From: Octopus bimaculoides
Taxonomy: Eukaryota
Direction: 5' to 3'
NCBI RefSeq assembly: GCF_001194135.2
Contig: NC_068981.1
Coordinates: forward strand, 64,352,041 to 64,416,040
DNA length: 64,000 bases
Every line of letters begins with the position of its first letter. The stretch's first letter is position 1. Shown here piece by piece: positions 28,359 through 40,385 of this stretch. The position numbers and the translations under genes were made by a program. The notes under the pieces are model-generated. The model was not told where the DNA came from, searched no databases, and saw nothing but the letters and a program-made list of their open reading frames with translations.

Positions 28359-28570
28359 AACAATTGCAGCGTGCAAGGTGTTTATAAGCCATTCAAAAAC
28401 ACACAAAAATTTTGTCCTGGTCTCAAAGCGACGAAAATATTTTGGCAAATTAAATTTAAATGTTGGAGTGAATCTAACGGTTTTTGTGTGTTTTTAAATG
28501 GCTTATAAACACCTTCCACGCTGCAATTGTTTTTGTTTCAGCACATAATTTCAGATCAGATCACTTGCTA
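28359..28570. mobile_element. Repeat terminus with a 51-bp inverted duplication (PLE-like architecture)
   Basis: 28359-28409 is the reverse complement of 28481-28531 (49/51 identical) with a 71-nt spacer, flanked by (TA)n on both sides. Confidence 0.5.
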
Positions 28571-28588
28571 TGCAAATACATCTCTGTA

Positions 28589-28635
<47 letters not shown>

Positions 28636-28779
28636 CTAACTTTGAAAATAAACACAATGTCTTTTGAGAATAGATTTGGAATTTGTTTCTACTATCTGGC
28701 CTTAGCTTGTTATGCAGGATTTCGTTTTAACGAGTGTCTTTACTGTTTAGCCTCTCCCCTGATATTACTCTCGGGCTAT

Positions 28780-28995
28780 GGCGCCGAGCTGGCAAAATCA
28801 TTAGCACGTCGGCCAAAATGCTTAACGGCATTTCGTCCGTCTCTACGTTCTGAGTTCAAATTCCGCCAAGTTCGATTTTGCTTTTCATCCTCTCAAGGTA
28901 CCAGTCAAAGTACCAGTCAAACACTGGGGTCGATATCACTGACTAGTCATCTCCTCACAAATTTCAGTGCTTGTGCATATAGAAGAAAAAATATT
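28780..28995 (+). mobile_element. Family 2 SINE
   Basis: gagctggcaaaatcattagcacg...ctgagttcaaattccgcc...cactggggtcgat. Confidence 0.85.
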
Positions 28996-29655
28996 ACTCT
29001 CGGATAGGTCCATCCAAGTAAATAAGTAAAAATAAAAAATTTAAAGAAAAACCGGCAAAATAATTTTTCATCTCGCTGGTTGAGATGACAGGTATTTAAA
29101 GATAGGTATTTGACAGATATTTAAAGACGTTTCTGTTCCACAAGCTAGCATATATGCTCCAACCTGAAGTGAATAGTGTTTCCATAAATGTATTATCAAC
29201 GCTACCACAGCGATCCAAATGTCAGTGGCAGATTTCAAAACGAATGCATTCATGCAATTCTGGGAATAGTTTTGGGACAAACTTTTGTAAAATTTGTCGT
29301 GATTGATTTCATAGGCACGAACATAATTTGCATATTATTTGACATTTCATAAAGCAGCTATCTACGTGTTCAAAAGTGCCATGTCAAGAAATCGCTTGAA
29401 GCTGTTTTCAGCAGAGGACCTGTCTAGACGAATAGTTCCATCTTGATAAGTAACACTGATGCAACTATTTCTAATTTCTTTTCAGTCTATTCCTAGACAG
29501 CTCGTATTAGTAAAGCCCTATTTCCATACTATGCTGAAACCCGTCGATGAAGTTCACCCCCTGATGTGACTTCAATTCAGAGAAAGCAGCTCACATAAAA
29601 CTGCTCCTGTTGGAGTAAACAGAAGCCAAAACAGCCATGATTAACGCACTAACAG

Positions 29656-29856
29656 TCATTTTAGCCAGTTTTATTTCATTCTTGCCTGTTACTGCCATAA
29701 TTACTACGATGTAGATTTTCGTTTTATTGTAACATAAGGGTGATAGCAGAATAGGCTTGGGTAGTGATAAAGGCTACTAGCAACTGGGGTGCATAATCCT
29801 ACAGTTGTTTGAGATGCATTTGATGAAGAAGCAGCCAATGCGGATACCATGTGATT
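29656..29856 (-). pseudogene. Partial duplicate (copy A) of the last ~51 codons and proximal 3' UTR of the Tbx20 terminal exon
   Basis: 201 bp aligning to 30352-30552 (offset 696) with about 10 substitutions. Reads NHMVSALAASSSNASQTTVGLCTPVASSLYHYPSLFCYHPYVTIKRKSTS*. Confidence 0.9.
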
Positions 29857-30399
29857 GACGTTCCAAGATTGACGTTTCAATTGACGTTCCAAGATCAAAC
29901 CTGCACCGTAATGACTCGAGAGAGGGAGCTTGTCTTGTGACACATACACAACTAATAATCACACCAATAAGAAAGACAAAAATTATTAGTGCATTGCGGA
30001 TAATTAATGATTCGCCTTCGCATATAAGTAGAGATGCAAGTAGAGATAGATGGAGAGATAGATAGAGATAGAGCGGTAGACATTGATAGTCAGACAGATA
30101 GAAATGTAGGTAACTAGGAAGGCTGAAATTTGTATTCTTTTCGAATTCTATTAATTGTATTTACAGTAAATAGTATTAGAAAAACAGAAATGAATGATTG
30201 TTGCTTAGTGAATGCGAATGTGACCATGGGTACGTGTGAATGTGTGAATTTAATGGTGAGAGTAATAGTGCTAGTATTAAAAGACATTAGCATTTCTTGA
30301 ACGAAATATCAGTTCAGATTGCTGCCGTCACATAAATCTAACGTCGGTGGTTCATTTTAGCCAGTTTTTCTTCATTCTTGCCTGTTACTGCCACAATTA

Positions 30400-30827
30400 C
30401 TACGATGTAGATTTTCGTTTTGTTGTGACATAAGGGTGATAGCGGAATAGGCTTGGGTAGTGATAAAGGCTACTAGCAACTGGGGTACATAATCCTGCAG
30501 TTGTCTGAGATGCATTTGATGAAGAAGCGGCCAATGCGGATACCATGTGATTCTGAGCAGAAGAGGGATTGGTTAACGCTATTGATGACGATTGCACTGC
30601 TGCCGCCGTAGCTGCTGCTGTGTGTGCTAAACCATAAAATCCACTATAGATTGAATAGACAGATCGCTCTCCGTCGGAAGATGATGAAGTCGATGCTGCT
30701 GCTGCCGCCGCTGCTACTGCTGCTGCTGCTGCTGCCGACATGAGAGGAGAGCTTAACGGCCTCCAGAATGACCAGGCATTTGAAATCGCTGGTAGGAATC
30801 TGTGTTTATCGAAGAAGAATTGTTCAT
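30400..30827 (-). CDS. TBX20: Tbx20 terminal coding exon (Ala/Ser-rich C-terminus ending ...SLFRYHPYVTTKRKSTS*)
   Basis: Strong acceptor atttcttttttttctcttcacag|AT. The phase-1 G of the 61959 exon plus AT gives GAT (Asp), in frame for 142 codons to TAG at 30402-30400. Encodes DEQFFFDKHRFLPAISNAWSFWRPLSSPLMSAAAAAAVAAAAAAAS..., a typical TF low-complexity tail. Assignment to Tbx20 rests on phase compatibility and strand. Confidence 0.8.
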
Positions 30828-30988
30828 CTGTGAAGAGAAAAAAAAGAAATATTAAATATATACAAATGTATGTATATACGTATGTAGGTATGTATGTATG
30901 CATGTATGTATGTATGTATGTATGTATGTATGTATGTATGTATGTATGCATTTATCTATGTATGTATTTAGATTCCTTATTCTTTTAT

Positions 30989-31424
30989 TTTTTTACTTGC
31001 GTCAGTCATTTTGACTGCGGCCATGCTCGAGCACCACCTTTAATCAAACAACTCGACCCAGAACTTCGTAAGCCTAGTACTTGTAAGATTAGTACTCGTA
31101 AGCCTGGTACTTTTTGTATCGGTCACTTTTGCCGAACCACTAGGTGACGAGGAAGTAAACACTCCAACATCGGTTGTCAAGTGATGGTAGGGGGGGGGCA
31201 CTGGCACAAATAACAAACACACATACGTATGTATAAATATATATATACATATGTATATACGATGGGCTTCTTTCAGTTTCCGTCTACCAAATCTACTGAC
31301 AAGGCTTTGGTCGGCCCGAGGCTATCCAAGAAGACACTTGCCCAAGGTGCTACGCAGTGGGACTGAATCTGGTGCCATGTAGTTGGGAAGCAAGCTTCTT
31401 ACCACACAGCCATTCCTGCGCCTA
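30989..31424 (-). mobile_element. tRNA-derived CORE-like SINE, family 3
   Basis: rc head aggcgcaggaatggctgtgtggtaagaagcttgc..., CORE-like caccttgggcaagtgtcttc, and a tail ...gcaagtaaaa; internal 15-bp triplication at 31067-31111. Confidence 0.88.
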
Positions 31425-31477
31425 AATATATATATACATATNNNNNNNNNNNNNNNNNNNNNNNNNNNNNNNNNNNN

Positions 31478-31539
<62 letters not shown>

Positions 31540-32387
31540 GTATATATATACATATATATATGCATATATATTTATTTTATATATATTTATATATATATAT
31601 ACCTATATACATATACATATATATATATATACACACACACTCACACACACACACACATATATAAACATACATATGTACACACACACTCACACAAACACAC
31701 ACACACGTATATATAATATATATACACATATACACACATATGTGTCTAAATTAGTTATAAAGATCCCTTAAAGCCCACGGCACATTAAGATGTAAGACGC
31801 CAGAAAATGGTTAGGTAGAAACACATATACCGATCGGTGAAATAAACAACATTCTAGACATTAAGCTGTCAGAATACCATAGATATGCAAGTACCAAATC
31901 CACTTTGTAACTATCGATCCGACTCACCAGTGGACCCTTGGTGTGACATACGTATAAAAAAGTAAACACGAAGGGGGTTTAAAATTTAAAGAACTGTTTC
32001 GGTAAAATTATATTTAATGTAGCCGTAAATGTTCACATCATAATATACAGACCACGATCATCAGATAAAATTTTAAGCAGTTGATCTGGGCACAGCCACC
32101 ATATATTGGGCTGTGTGCATACGTGTGCGTGTGTATGTGTGCGTACGTGGGAGTTATACACAAACACATACATGTGATTAAACTAAAATTAAATAAAATT
32201 AAATATAAAGAAGACATGCGTATAGTGAGGAGAAACCTTGATATCTGTTAAAGTAAAGAAAGAGAACATTATTATGGATTTCACCGCCTTTCCAGAGGTG
32301 ACCCACATGTATTAATTTTCTGTTATTATATGATAAAACCCGTAAAACAAAGTACATCTGCAGCTGCTCACCACACTGAGCGTGGAA

Positions 32388-32466
32388 AGTGATAAAGGCT
32401 ACTAGCAACTGGGGGGCATAATCCTGCAGTTGTTTGAGACGCATTTGATGAAGAGGCGGCCAATGC
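32388..32466 (-). pseudogene. Intronic partial duplicate (copy B) of Tbx20 terminal-exon coding sequence
   Basis: 79 bp aligning to 30459-30537 with 5 mismatches. Reads ALAASSSNASQTTAGLCPPVASSLYH, then diverges to a stop. Confidence 0.85.
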
Positions 32467-32702
32467 CTACTAACGCTTTACTTAAGAAAGTATCCCGGAT
32501 CTAACACATGGAAGGCAGAAATAACTGGAAGAGTAAGTATAATGGGACTACCCGTTACAACTATGCAAACTGCAGCAATGCGTAATGTAGGGTCTTGTTC
32601 AAGGTCACATCACGTGCCAGTACGAAGGAAGATAACGAAAGTTTTCCGAAACTCTCCATCGTCTTGCTAACCACGACGGCGACAACAAAAAGTACATCGC
32701 TT

Positions 32703-32748
<46 letters not shown>

Positions 32749-32885
32749 CAAGGATAATGACAATGATGAGAAGGATAACTACAAGGAAGAGAGGAAGCGG
32801 AGTAGATGAAAATTGTAATGATGATGATGTAATGCAGCTATGATGACTGAGATTTGCATGATATTATTTCATTGATAACGTAATT

Positions 32886-32938
<53 letters not shown>

Positions 32939-34559
32939 GTAGTAGTGGTGNNNNNNNNNNNNNNNNNNNNNNNTTGTGGTTTTTGGCGTTGATGTGACTA
33001 TTGTGAGATTCGTGTTGACGGTAGTACGTGGTATGTTTGTAGTGGAATTGGAGGAGCTGCTAGTGTCGGTGTTCGTGACATTGGTATTGCTGCTGCTGCT
33101 GCTGATGATGATAGTGGTAGCCATTGATCATCATGAAATTAGCAAGTAGAATGCATGGCCACACATACACAGTTACACACACACACACACACACAGGCAA
33201 AATCTAGCCAACACAACACACATCAGACGACCAAACAACAGGAAAGACATTTTTTCGGGAAAATAACCTTGAAACATTAAATTAATTTGTAACTCCACCC
33301 GTTTAAGCCAAACGCAATCACAGGAAGACTGATACAATAACATACTCACATACATACATACATACATACATACATACATACAAACATCCATACATACATA
33401 CATGCAAGCAAGCATACATACATATATGCATACGTACATGCAAATATGCATGCATACATGTATACATACACACACATACATACATACATACATACATACA
33501 TACACACACGCACGCACACATACAGACATACATTCACACGTACATACATACACACATACATACATTCATACGTACATACATACATACATACATACGCACA
33601 TACATAGATATATACATACATTCGTACGTACAAACGTACAGATATTCATACATACATTCATACGNNNNNNNNNNNNNNNNNNNNNNNNNNNNNNNNNNNN
33701 NNNNNNNNNNNNNNNNNNNNNNNNNNNNNNNNNNNNNNNNNNNNNNNNNNNNNNNNNNNNNNNNNNNNNNNNNNNNNNNNNNNNNNNNNNNNNNNNNNNN
33801 NNNNNNNNNNNNNNNNNNNNNNNNNNNNNNNNNNNNNNNNNNNNNNNNNNNNNNNNNNNNNNNNNNNNNNNNNNNNNNNNNNNNNNNNNNNNNNNNNNNN
33901 NNNNNNNNNNNNNNNNNNNNNNNNNNNNNNNNNNNNNNNNNNNNNNNNNNNNNNNNNNNNNNNNNNNNNNNNNNNNNNNNNNNNNNNNNNNNNNNNNNNN
34001 NNNNNNNNNNNNNNNNNNNNNNNNNNNNNNNNNNNNNNNNNNNNNNNNNNNNNNNNNNNNNNNNNNNNNNNNNNNNNNNNNNNNNNNNNNNNNNNNNNNN
34101 NNNNNNNNNNNNNNNNNNNNNNNNNNNNNNNNNNNNNNNNNNNNNNNNNNNNNNNNNNNNNNNNNNNNNNNNNNNNNNNNNNNNNNNNNNNNNNNNNNNN
34201 NNNNNNNNNNNNNNNNNNNNNNNNNNNNNNNNNNNNNNNNNNNNNNNNNNNNNNNNNNNNNNNNNNNNNNNNNNNNNNNNNNNNNNNNNNNNNNNNNNNN
34301 NNNNNNNNNNNNNNNNNNNNNNNNNNNNNNNNNNNNNNNNNNNNNNNNNNNNNNNNNNNNNNNNNNNNNNNNNNNNNNNNNNNNNNNNNNNNNNNNNNNN
34401 NNNNNNNNNNNNNNNNAGTAGACCGATGCCCTGCAATGGTGTGCAAACATAAGCTCAAAATACCAAATTTTCCCTCTCTGGCAATGCACCGGCAACACCT
34501 CAACCCAATTCCGTTTAAATAAGGAAAGTATGCTCATTAAAAAATATAAACCACAGCTG

Positions 34560-35050
34560 AATATCCTTTAGAAAGAAGGAAAAACGCTAAAGAGTAAAAG
34601 GAAAAGAGACCCAATTTCTCCACAAAAACAAAACCAGATATAACAGACATAATTAAAAAAAACTTTAGTAACAGTCTTCTACGCGGGTTTCGAAACCAGA
34701 ACTCCAAATCACCATACAATAACACCATACAAACACCATTTGCTGAGGTCACCTAACTCTAGACCAATGAAATTTTACCTCTAATCAAAACCGAACTTCA
34801 GCAAATACAACAAAATGACCCATTAAGATAATCAAAGAGCTGGAACAGCTGATGACCGTTCCCCACCGGGAAGCCAACCAGACAGAACGAAAAACTTGAC
34901 CAGCAGGAAAACAAGACGTCACCAATACTCTAACGAATCAAAAATCAGATCCGTGCACTGAAAAAATCATAAAGACACCGGATTCCAAAAAGCGCCGTTA
35001 CTAGCGAAAATCCCCGCACTCGACGGAAAGAGAATCACAAAATCTGTAAA
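34560..35050 (+). mobile_element. Decayed A-rich interspersed repeat (LINE-like), copy 2
   Basis: Homologous core ...ttcgaaaccagaactccaaatcaccatac...aaacacca shared with 53190-53270. Confidence 0.4.
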
Positions 35051-35391
35051 CAAAACCATTTTTTTACTATCTTCATTTCTCCCTTCTTTTTCTCCCTCTT
35101 AACTCAGTATAACCGAAACTTCGATGATCCACATTTCTTATCGATCACTACTAACACTATTGAACATTGTGTATTTAAACAAGATTTTCCACATTTTTTA
35201 TATTATTGAATGTTATGAACATTTAAACCATATTTCATATTATTGAAACTTGTAAGCATTCAAACTTTTAAACGTTTCTCTAGTACATAATTAAATTTTT
35301 TATCATTGGTAAACAAAAAAATATTGTTGATACTAGTTTGTTATATATGTAAATAAATTCATTTAAAAACAATTACAGGTTTTTCAAATTG

Positions 35392-35436
<45 letters not shown>

Positions 35437-35553
35437 NNNNNNNNNNNNNNNNNNNNNNNNNNNNNNNNNNNNNNNNNNNNNNNNNNNNNNNNNNNNNNNN
35501 NNNNNNNNNNNNNNNNNNNNNNNNNNNNNNNNNNNNNNNNNNNNNNATAAACT

Positions 35554-35920
35554 TGTGGAGGCTCAATGGCCCAGTGATTATAGGATCGTGGTTTCGATTC
35601 CCAGACCGGGCGTTGTGAGTGTTTATTGAGCAAAAACACCTAATGCTCCACGAGGGGATGGTGGCAGGGGATGGTGGTGAACCCTGCTGTACTCTTTCAC
35701 CACAACTTTCTCTCACTCTTTTTTCCTGTTTCTGTTGTACCTGTATTTCAAAGAACCAGCCTTGTCATACTGTGTCACGCTGAATATCCCCGAGAACTAC
35801 GTTAAGGGTACACGTGTCTGTGGAATGCTCAGCCACTTACATGTTAATTTCACGAGCAGACTGTTCCGTTGATCGGATCAACTGGAACCCTCGATGTCGT
35901 AAGCGACGGAGTGCCAACAA
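35554..35920 (+). mobile_element. tRNA-derived SINE, family 1
   Basis: Same head (short deletion) and same body and tail as the 7570 and 8452 copies. Confidence 0.9.
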
Positions 35921-35944
35921 AACAATTTATAACCTTATATAGAG

Positions 35945-36580
35945 CGGCAATCTGGCAGAATGGTCGGCAAGCGGGGCAAAAGGATTAGCGGCATTTCGAC
36001 TGTCTTTATGTTCTGAGTTCAAATTCCTTCAGGGCTCGATAAATTAAGTACCAGTTGCGTATTAATCAATTGGCTCCCCCCCCCCCCAGAATTTCAGGTC
36101 TCGTAATTGAAAGGATTAATATTAAGGAGGCGAGCTGGCAGAATCGTTAGCACGCCGGGCGAAATGCTCAGCGGTATTTCCTCCGTCTTTATGTTCAGAG
36201 TTCAAACTCCGCCGAGGTCGACTTTTCCTTTCAATCTTTCGGGGTCCATAAAGTAAGTACCAGTGGAACACTGAGGTAGATGTAATCGACTAGTCCACCT
36301 CCCCTACAAAATTTCAGGCCTTATACCTTTAGCAGTAAGGATTATTTATAACTTTATATAGAGCAGCAAGCTGACAAAATGTTTATCGGCATTTCGCCTG
36401 TCTTTGCATTCTGAGTTCGAATTCCGCAGAGTTCGACTTTTGTCTTTTATCGTTTCAGGGTTGATAAAGAAAGTATCATTTGAGGACTGAGGTCGATATA
36501 TTTGAGGACTGAGATCGATGTAATTGATTTACCCGCGCCTTCAAAATTCCGGGTCTTATGCCAATAATAGACAGGATAAT
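35945..36580 (+). mobile_element. Three tandem family 2 SINEs directly behind a family 1 SINE
   Basis: Heads at ~35945, ~36127 and ~36360, all on the plus strand. Confidence 0.85.
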
Positions 36581-37769
36581 TCAAACCTTTATCTACTTCG
36601 AGGTGCATCATTTAAAAAATGCCATTAATATTATATTTTACGAAGTTTCCGAATATTTATGGCGTAAACAGTATACAATTCTCGCTAGTGAGGAAAAAAA
36701 AAGCTTCTAAAATTGATGAAGGAATTCGAAGGGTTGATTTTATAGAATTGCATGGCTGTCATATCTAAAGAAGATGTGGGATTAAGTCAATTGAGCAGCC
36801 TGCGACATCTTCCACCCAAATGGTTTTTACATCCTAAATATATATACACTCTGCTATTTATAGCTTTATCTACTTCGAGTTCCATCGATAAAAACGAAAC
36901 ACATTCACATTTACAGACAGTCAGACATACATACATAAAATCATAAAGTTAGAAATTATGAGAGGAAAATACATATTCATTAAACAACGTGACTTCCATT
37001 GGATTACGGTCGTCGTTTTGCAATCTTCGTCATATTGTAAGCATACTGAGCTTACTTACTGATGCAAACGTATACGTATTATTTCTTTCATACTGAAGTT
37101 AAAATTTGTTAAAGAACATAAAGAAACGGCCGTAACTCTATGGAAGTCACGTTGTTAAATGTATACCCGCCTTTTATAACTTCTCGCATTATGGTTTGAT
37201 ATTAATCGTCATGAAATTATTTCATTGATCAGATCTTCTGGATTTTCAGGTACAAGAGCACTTGTCATACACGTCTTTGTAATTGAATCCTCGTCTTATA
37301 CATTTACATACATTTATATATATATATATATATATATNNNNNNNNNNNNNNNNNNNNNNNNNNNNNNNNNNNNNNNNNNNNNNNNNNNNNNNNNNNNNNN
37401 NNNNNNNNNNNNNNNNNNNNNNNNNNNNNNNNNNNNNNNNNNNNNNNNNNNNNNNNNNNNNNNNNNNNNNNNNNNNNNNNNNNNNNNNNNNNNNNNNNNN
37501 NNNNNNNNNNNNNNNNNNNNNNNNNNNNNNNNNNNNNNNNNNNNNNNNNNNNNNNNNNNNNNNNNNNNNNNNNNNNNNNNNNNNNNNNNNNNNNNNNNNN
37601 NNNNNNNNNNNNNNNNNNNNNNNNNNNNNNNNNNNNNATAAAGAACATTCCCTTCATCAGCTGTCCCCTTTTTTATCTACTCCGCATTTCGAAGATAGGA
37701 ACAAGATGCGACTTCGTTAAAACAGTCCTTCCCACAAAGCAAATTAAATAAAATTTGGGATTTTGTGGA

Positions 37770-37937
37770 GGGTTAATGTGGTAATTCCCCCGGCGACAAC
37801 TACCCCCAGGACAATTACCCCCTTGGTTTATTACCCCCTCTCCAATATATTAAGAAGTTTTAAATCATCTGTTTTCCTCAGAGGTAATTGACATGGGGGT
37901 GGGTATTGTCGATGGGGCGGTAAATGTTCTAGACTCG
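37770..37937. mobile_element. Small foldback-like MITE with subterminal repeats
   Basis: Three acaa(c/t)taccccc-like units on the left and their reverse complements (ggtaattg, gggtattg, ggtaaatg) on the right. Confidence 0.35.
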
Positions 37938-38829
37938 CATGTATGAATGCATGTATGTACGTATGTATGTAAAGATGTATGTACATGCGTCTGTCTGTGT
38001 ACATATGTATATCTATTTGTATATATGTATAACTATTTTATTTGCTACCGACAATAACTGCACTTGCGCGGTGGATTTGAAAAATTATAACGTATAAGGA
38101 TGGTACATGTGCTCTCTACTTGTTCCATAATTATGTTATCTAGCAGATAAACAGATTATTTTATTAGTTCATTAATGTCCGAAACCTAGGTAGAAGTGGT
38201 AACTATTGAAAATGCTTTTATTTTTCAACCCCTTCGAAACTTGCTCTTAACCGTGGTTTGGATTTTGACTGTTCCTTCTAGCATGTAAAGTGTCTTTTTA
38301 AGGGTCACCTCTTTTGTGTATAAATGTACACTAATTTTATTTGAAAAATATGTATATCTAAAGATAGATAGATAGATAGATAGATAGATGCGTGTTTGTA
38401 TTTAAGTATATGCGTATGCATCAATATGTATGTATGCATATATGTTTAGAAAGGGAAAGGGCGAGGTAGAAAGAAAAGGGGTGCTGCTTGTAAGGGAGTA
38501 ATCTTAATGTGAATATATTACACGTCTGTGTATGTCTGCGTTAACATAGCGCCTTACACGTTTTTTCCCTTAATGTTCTTTTGTCTGAATAGAGGCATTA
38601 CTTGCAGTAAGGGAAGTGAATTGTTAAAAAATACGTTGGAAGATTATATGAGCCGTTTACGCATTGACTGGCGCCACCCGCATTAAAACCACAAGTTTCG
38701 TAATTAGGATCGTTTATATTATCATACAAAGACGATTCTTTTGCAACAACGGTTAAGAACTAAATTGTAATTCTTTGGTATTATGAGTTCAAATCGCAAC
38801 TGTGTCAGCAAGCGTTATTGTTTATTTGA

Positions 38830-40385
38830 TATTTTTGTCGGAAGATTATCAGATAAAATGCTTTGCAGTATTAATTTACGCTTTTTTTTTTGTTCTAAGT
38901 TCAAATCCTGCCGTAGTTGACTTTATTTCCATTTTCTCGGTATCAATAAACTTTAGTACCAGTTTAGAACCGGTGTCGATTTAATCGACTATACTTCTTA
39001 TATTTCTGAATTTGCGCCAATCTAAGAAATCATTTAGGGTGGTATATTAAGAGAGCATTAGGACGTGAAAGTGAAGAATAAAAGCCTTACGGTAGTTCTT
39101 CTTGTTTCTCTGCGTTTTGAATTTAAATCCCACAGAGATCAGTTTGCTTCTCTTCCTTTTTGGGCCGATAAAGTAAAGTATAAATCAAGTAACGCTGTCG
39201 TTTTAATCGATTAACTCTTGTTACTCAAACTTGCCGGGTTTTTGCATACGATAGAAACAATTGTTATTTTCAATCAACAGAGCATCAGTATTCGTGATAT
39301 GTTTTTCCTTTTCTTTTTCTTACACGCTATGTTTAAATATTGTGAGAGGTGATATTGCATTTCTTTTATCTAGGGTTGATAAATTTAATACCCATCAAGT
39401 ACTAGGGCTAACTTAATCAGCATCCTTAATAATATTCATGTTTAAAAGAACGAAGTCTAGAAATACATAGTTAAATTTGTAAAGCAACGTTTCATTCTGG
39501 ATTTTGAAGTTTTCAGTCCAGATCGAACTAGGTTCTGCATTTCTTGCGATAATAGCAGTAGTTGTTGTGAAGTGTAGTTGTCCGTTAGAATGCTTTGCGG
39601 CAGTCGTAACGGTTCTCTGCGTTCTGAAGGCAACTTTGCCTTTCATCCGTCCGGGGTCTGTAGAGAAACTACTAGACTAGTGCTGGTGCAGTCCTCTCTT
39701 TATCCAACTGCTACTTCTTGAATGATCCAGTAAGTCAAAGCTGGAAGAACGAGAGAATGTTTATGGTTGTTCGAGATTGCATGGGTGCCTAAAGCAATTG
39801 GCGAAAGCAAAGTATATGCTTCATGTTGCAAAGTCATCGACTCCGAGTGACGGCTATAGGAGGTGTTGTTGTTGCTATTGGTGGTGGTGAATTTCTGGAG
39901 TCCACGATTAGTCAGGGTTGCCCATATCACTGTAGCTGTAAACGCAGATATAGATGAGGACATTTGTTGAACATTTTAATCTGCCGTCTCTCTTTTCTTC
40001 CGCACCGACGGCTACTGAGAGAGAGGCCACTGACATGGACCGATGTACCTTCGCACCAATATCGCCGCAACAGTTACTGCTTCAAACCAAAAGACACAAA
40101 ATTTAATGACGCACAAAAGGATAAAATGGTAAGTTTGTATGGGCGAGATATAAAACTTAGTACATAGAACATCAAAACAAATATTGCCTCCAGGTAACAT
40201 AAATCGTTAACACACTGAGCGATATTTCGTCCGTCTTTACGTTCTAAGTTCAAACGCCGCTGAGGTTGGCTTTGCCTTTTATGCATTCGTAGTTGAGAAA
40301 TAAATGCTAGTTAAAAACTGGGTTCGACATTATGAACAATCCCTTACTCAAGAATTCCAGATCTTGTGCTTATAATAGAAGAGGT
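38830..40385 (+). mobile_element. Several degenerate family 2 SINE copies around a unique ~450 bp block
   Basis: Diagnostic motifs at ~38890, 39110, 39355, 39600 and 40200-40385. Confidence 0.6.

Noticed and set aside
33402-34537. Long ORFs (280-340 aa) spanning N-runs, also at 41.8-42.6, 45.8-46.8, 48.1-48.8, 50.9-51.8 and 54.0-54.8 kb
   Set aside because: They are open only because N codons and dinucleotide repeats contain no stops.
37639-37670. CTGATGA on the minus strand at a gap edge
   Set aside because: No GAAA or helix III visible before the N-gap.
39964-40134. Plus-strand ORF ending at a perfect donor (ATG|GTAAGT)
   Set aside because: No homology and no downstream acceptor/exon identified; lies antisense within the Tbx20 intron.
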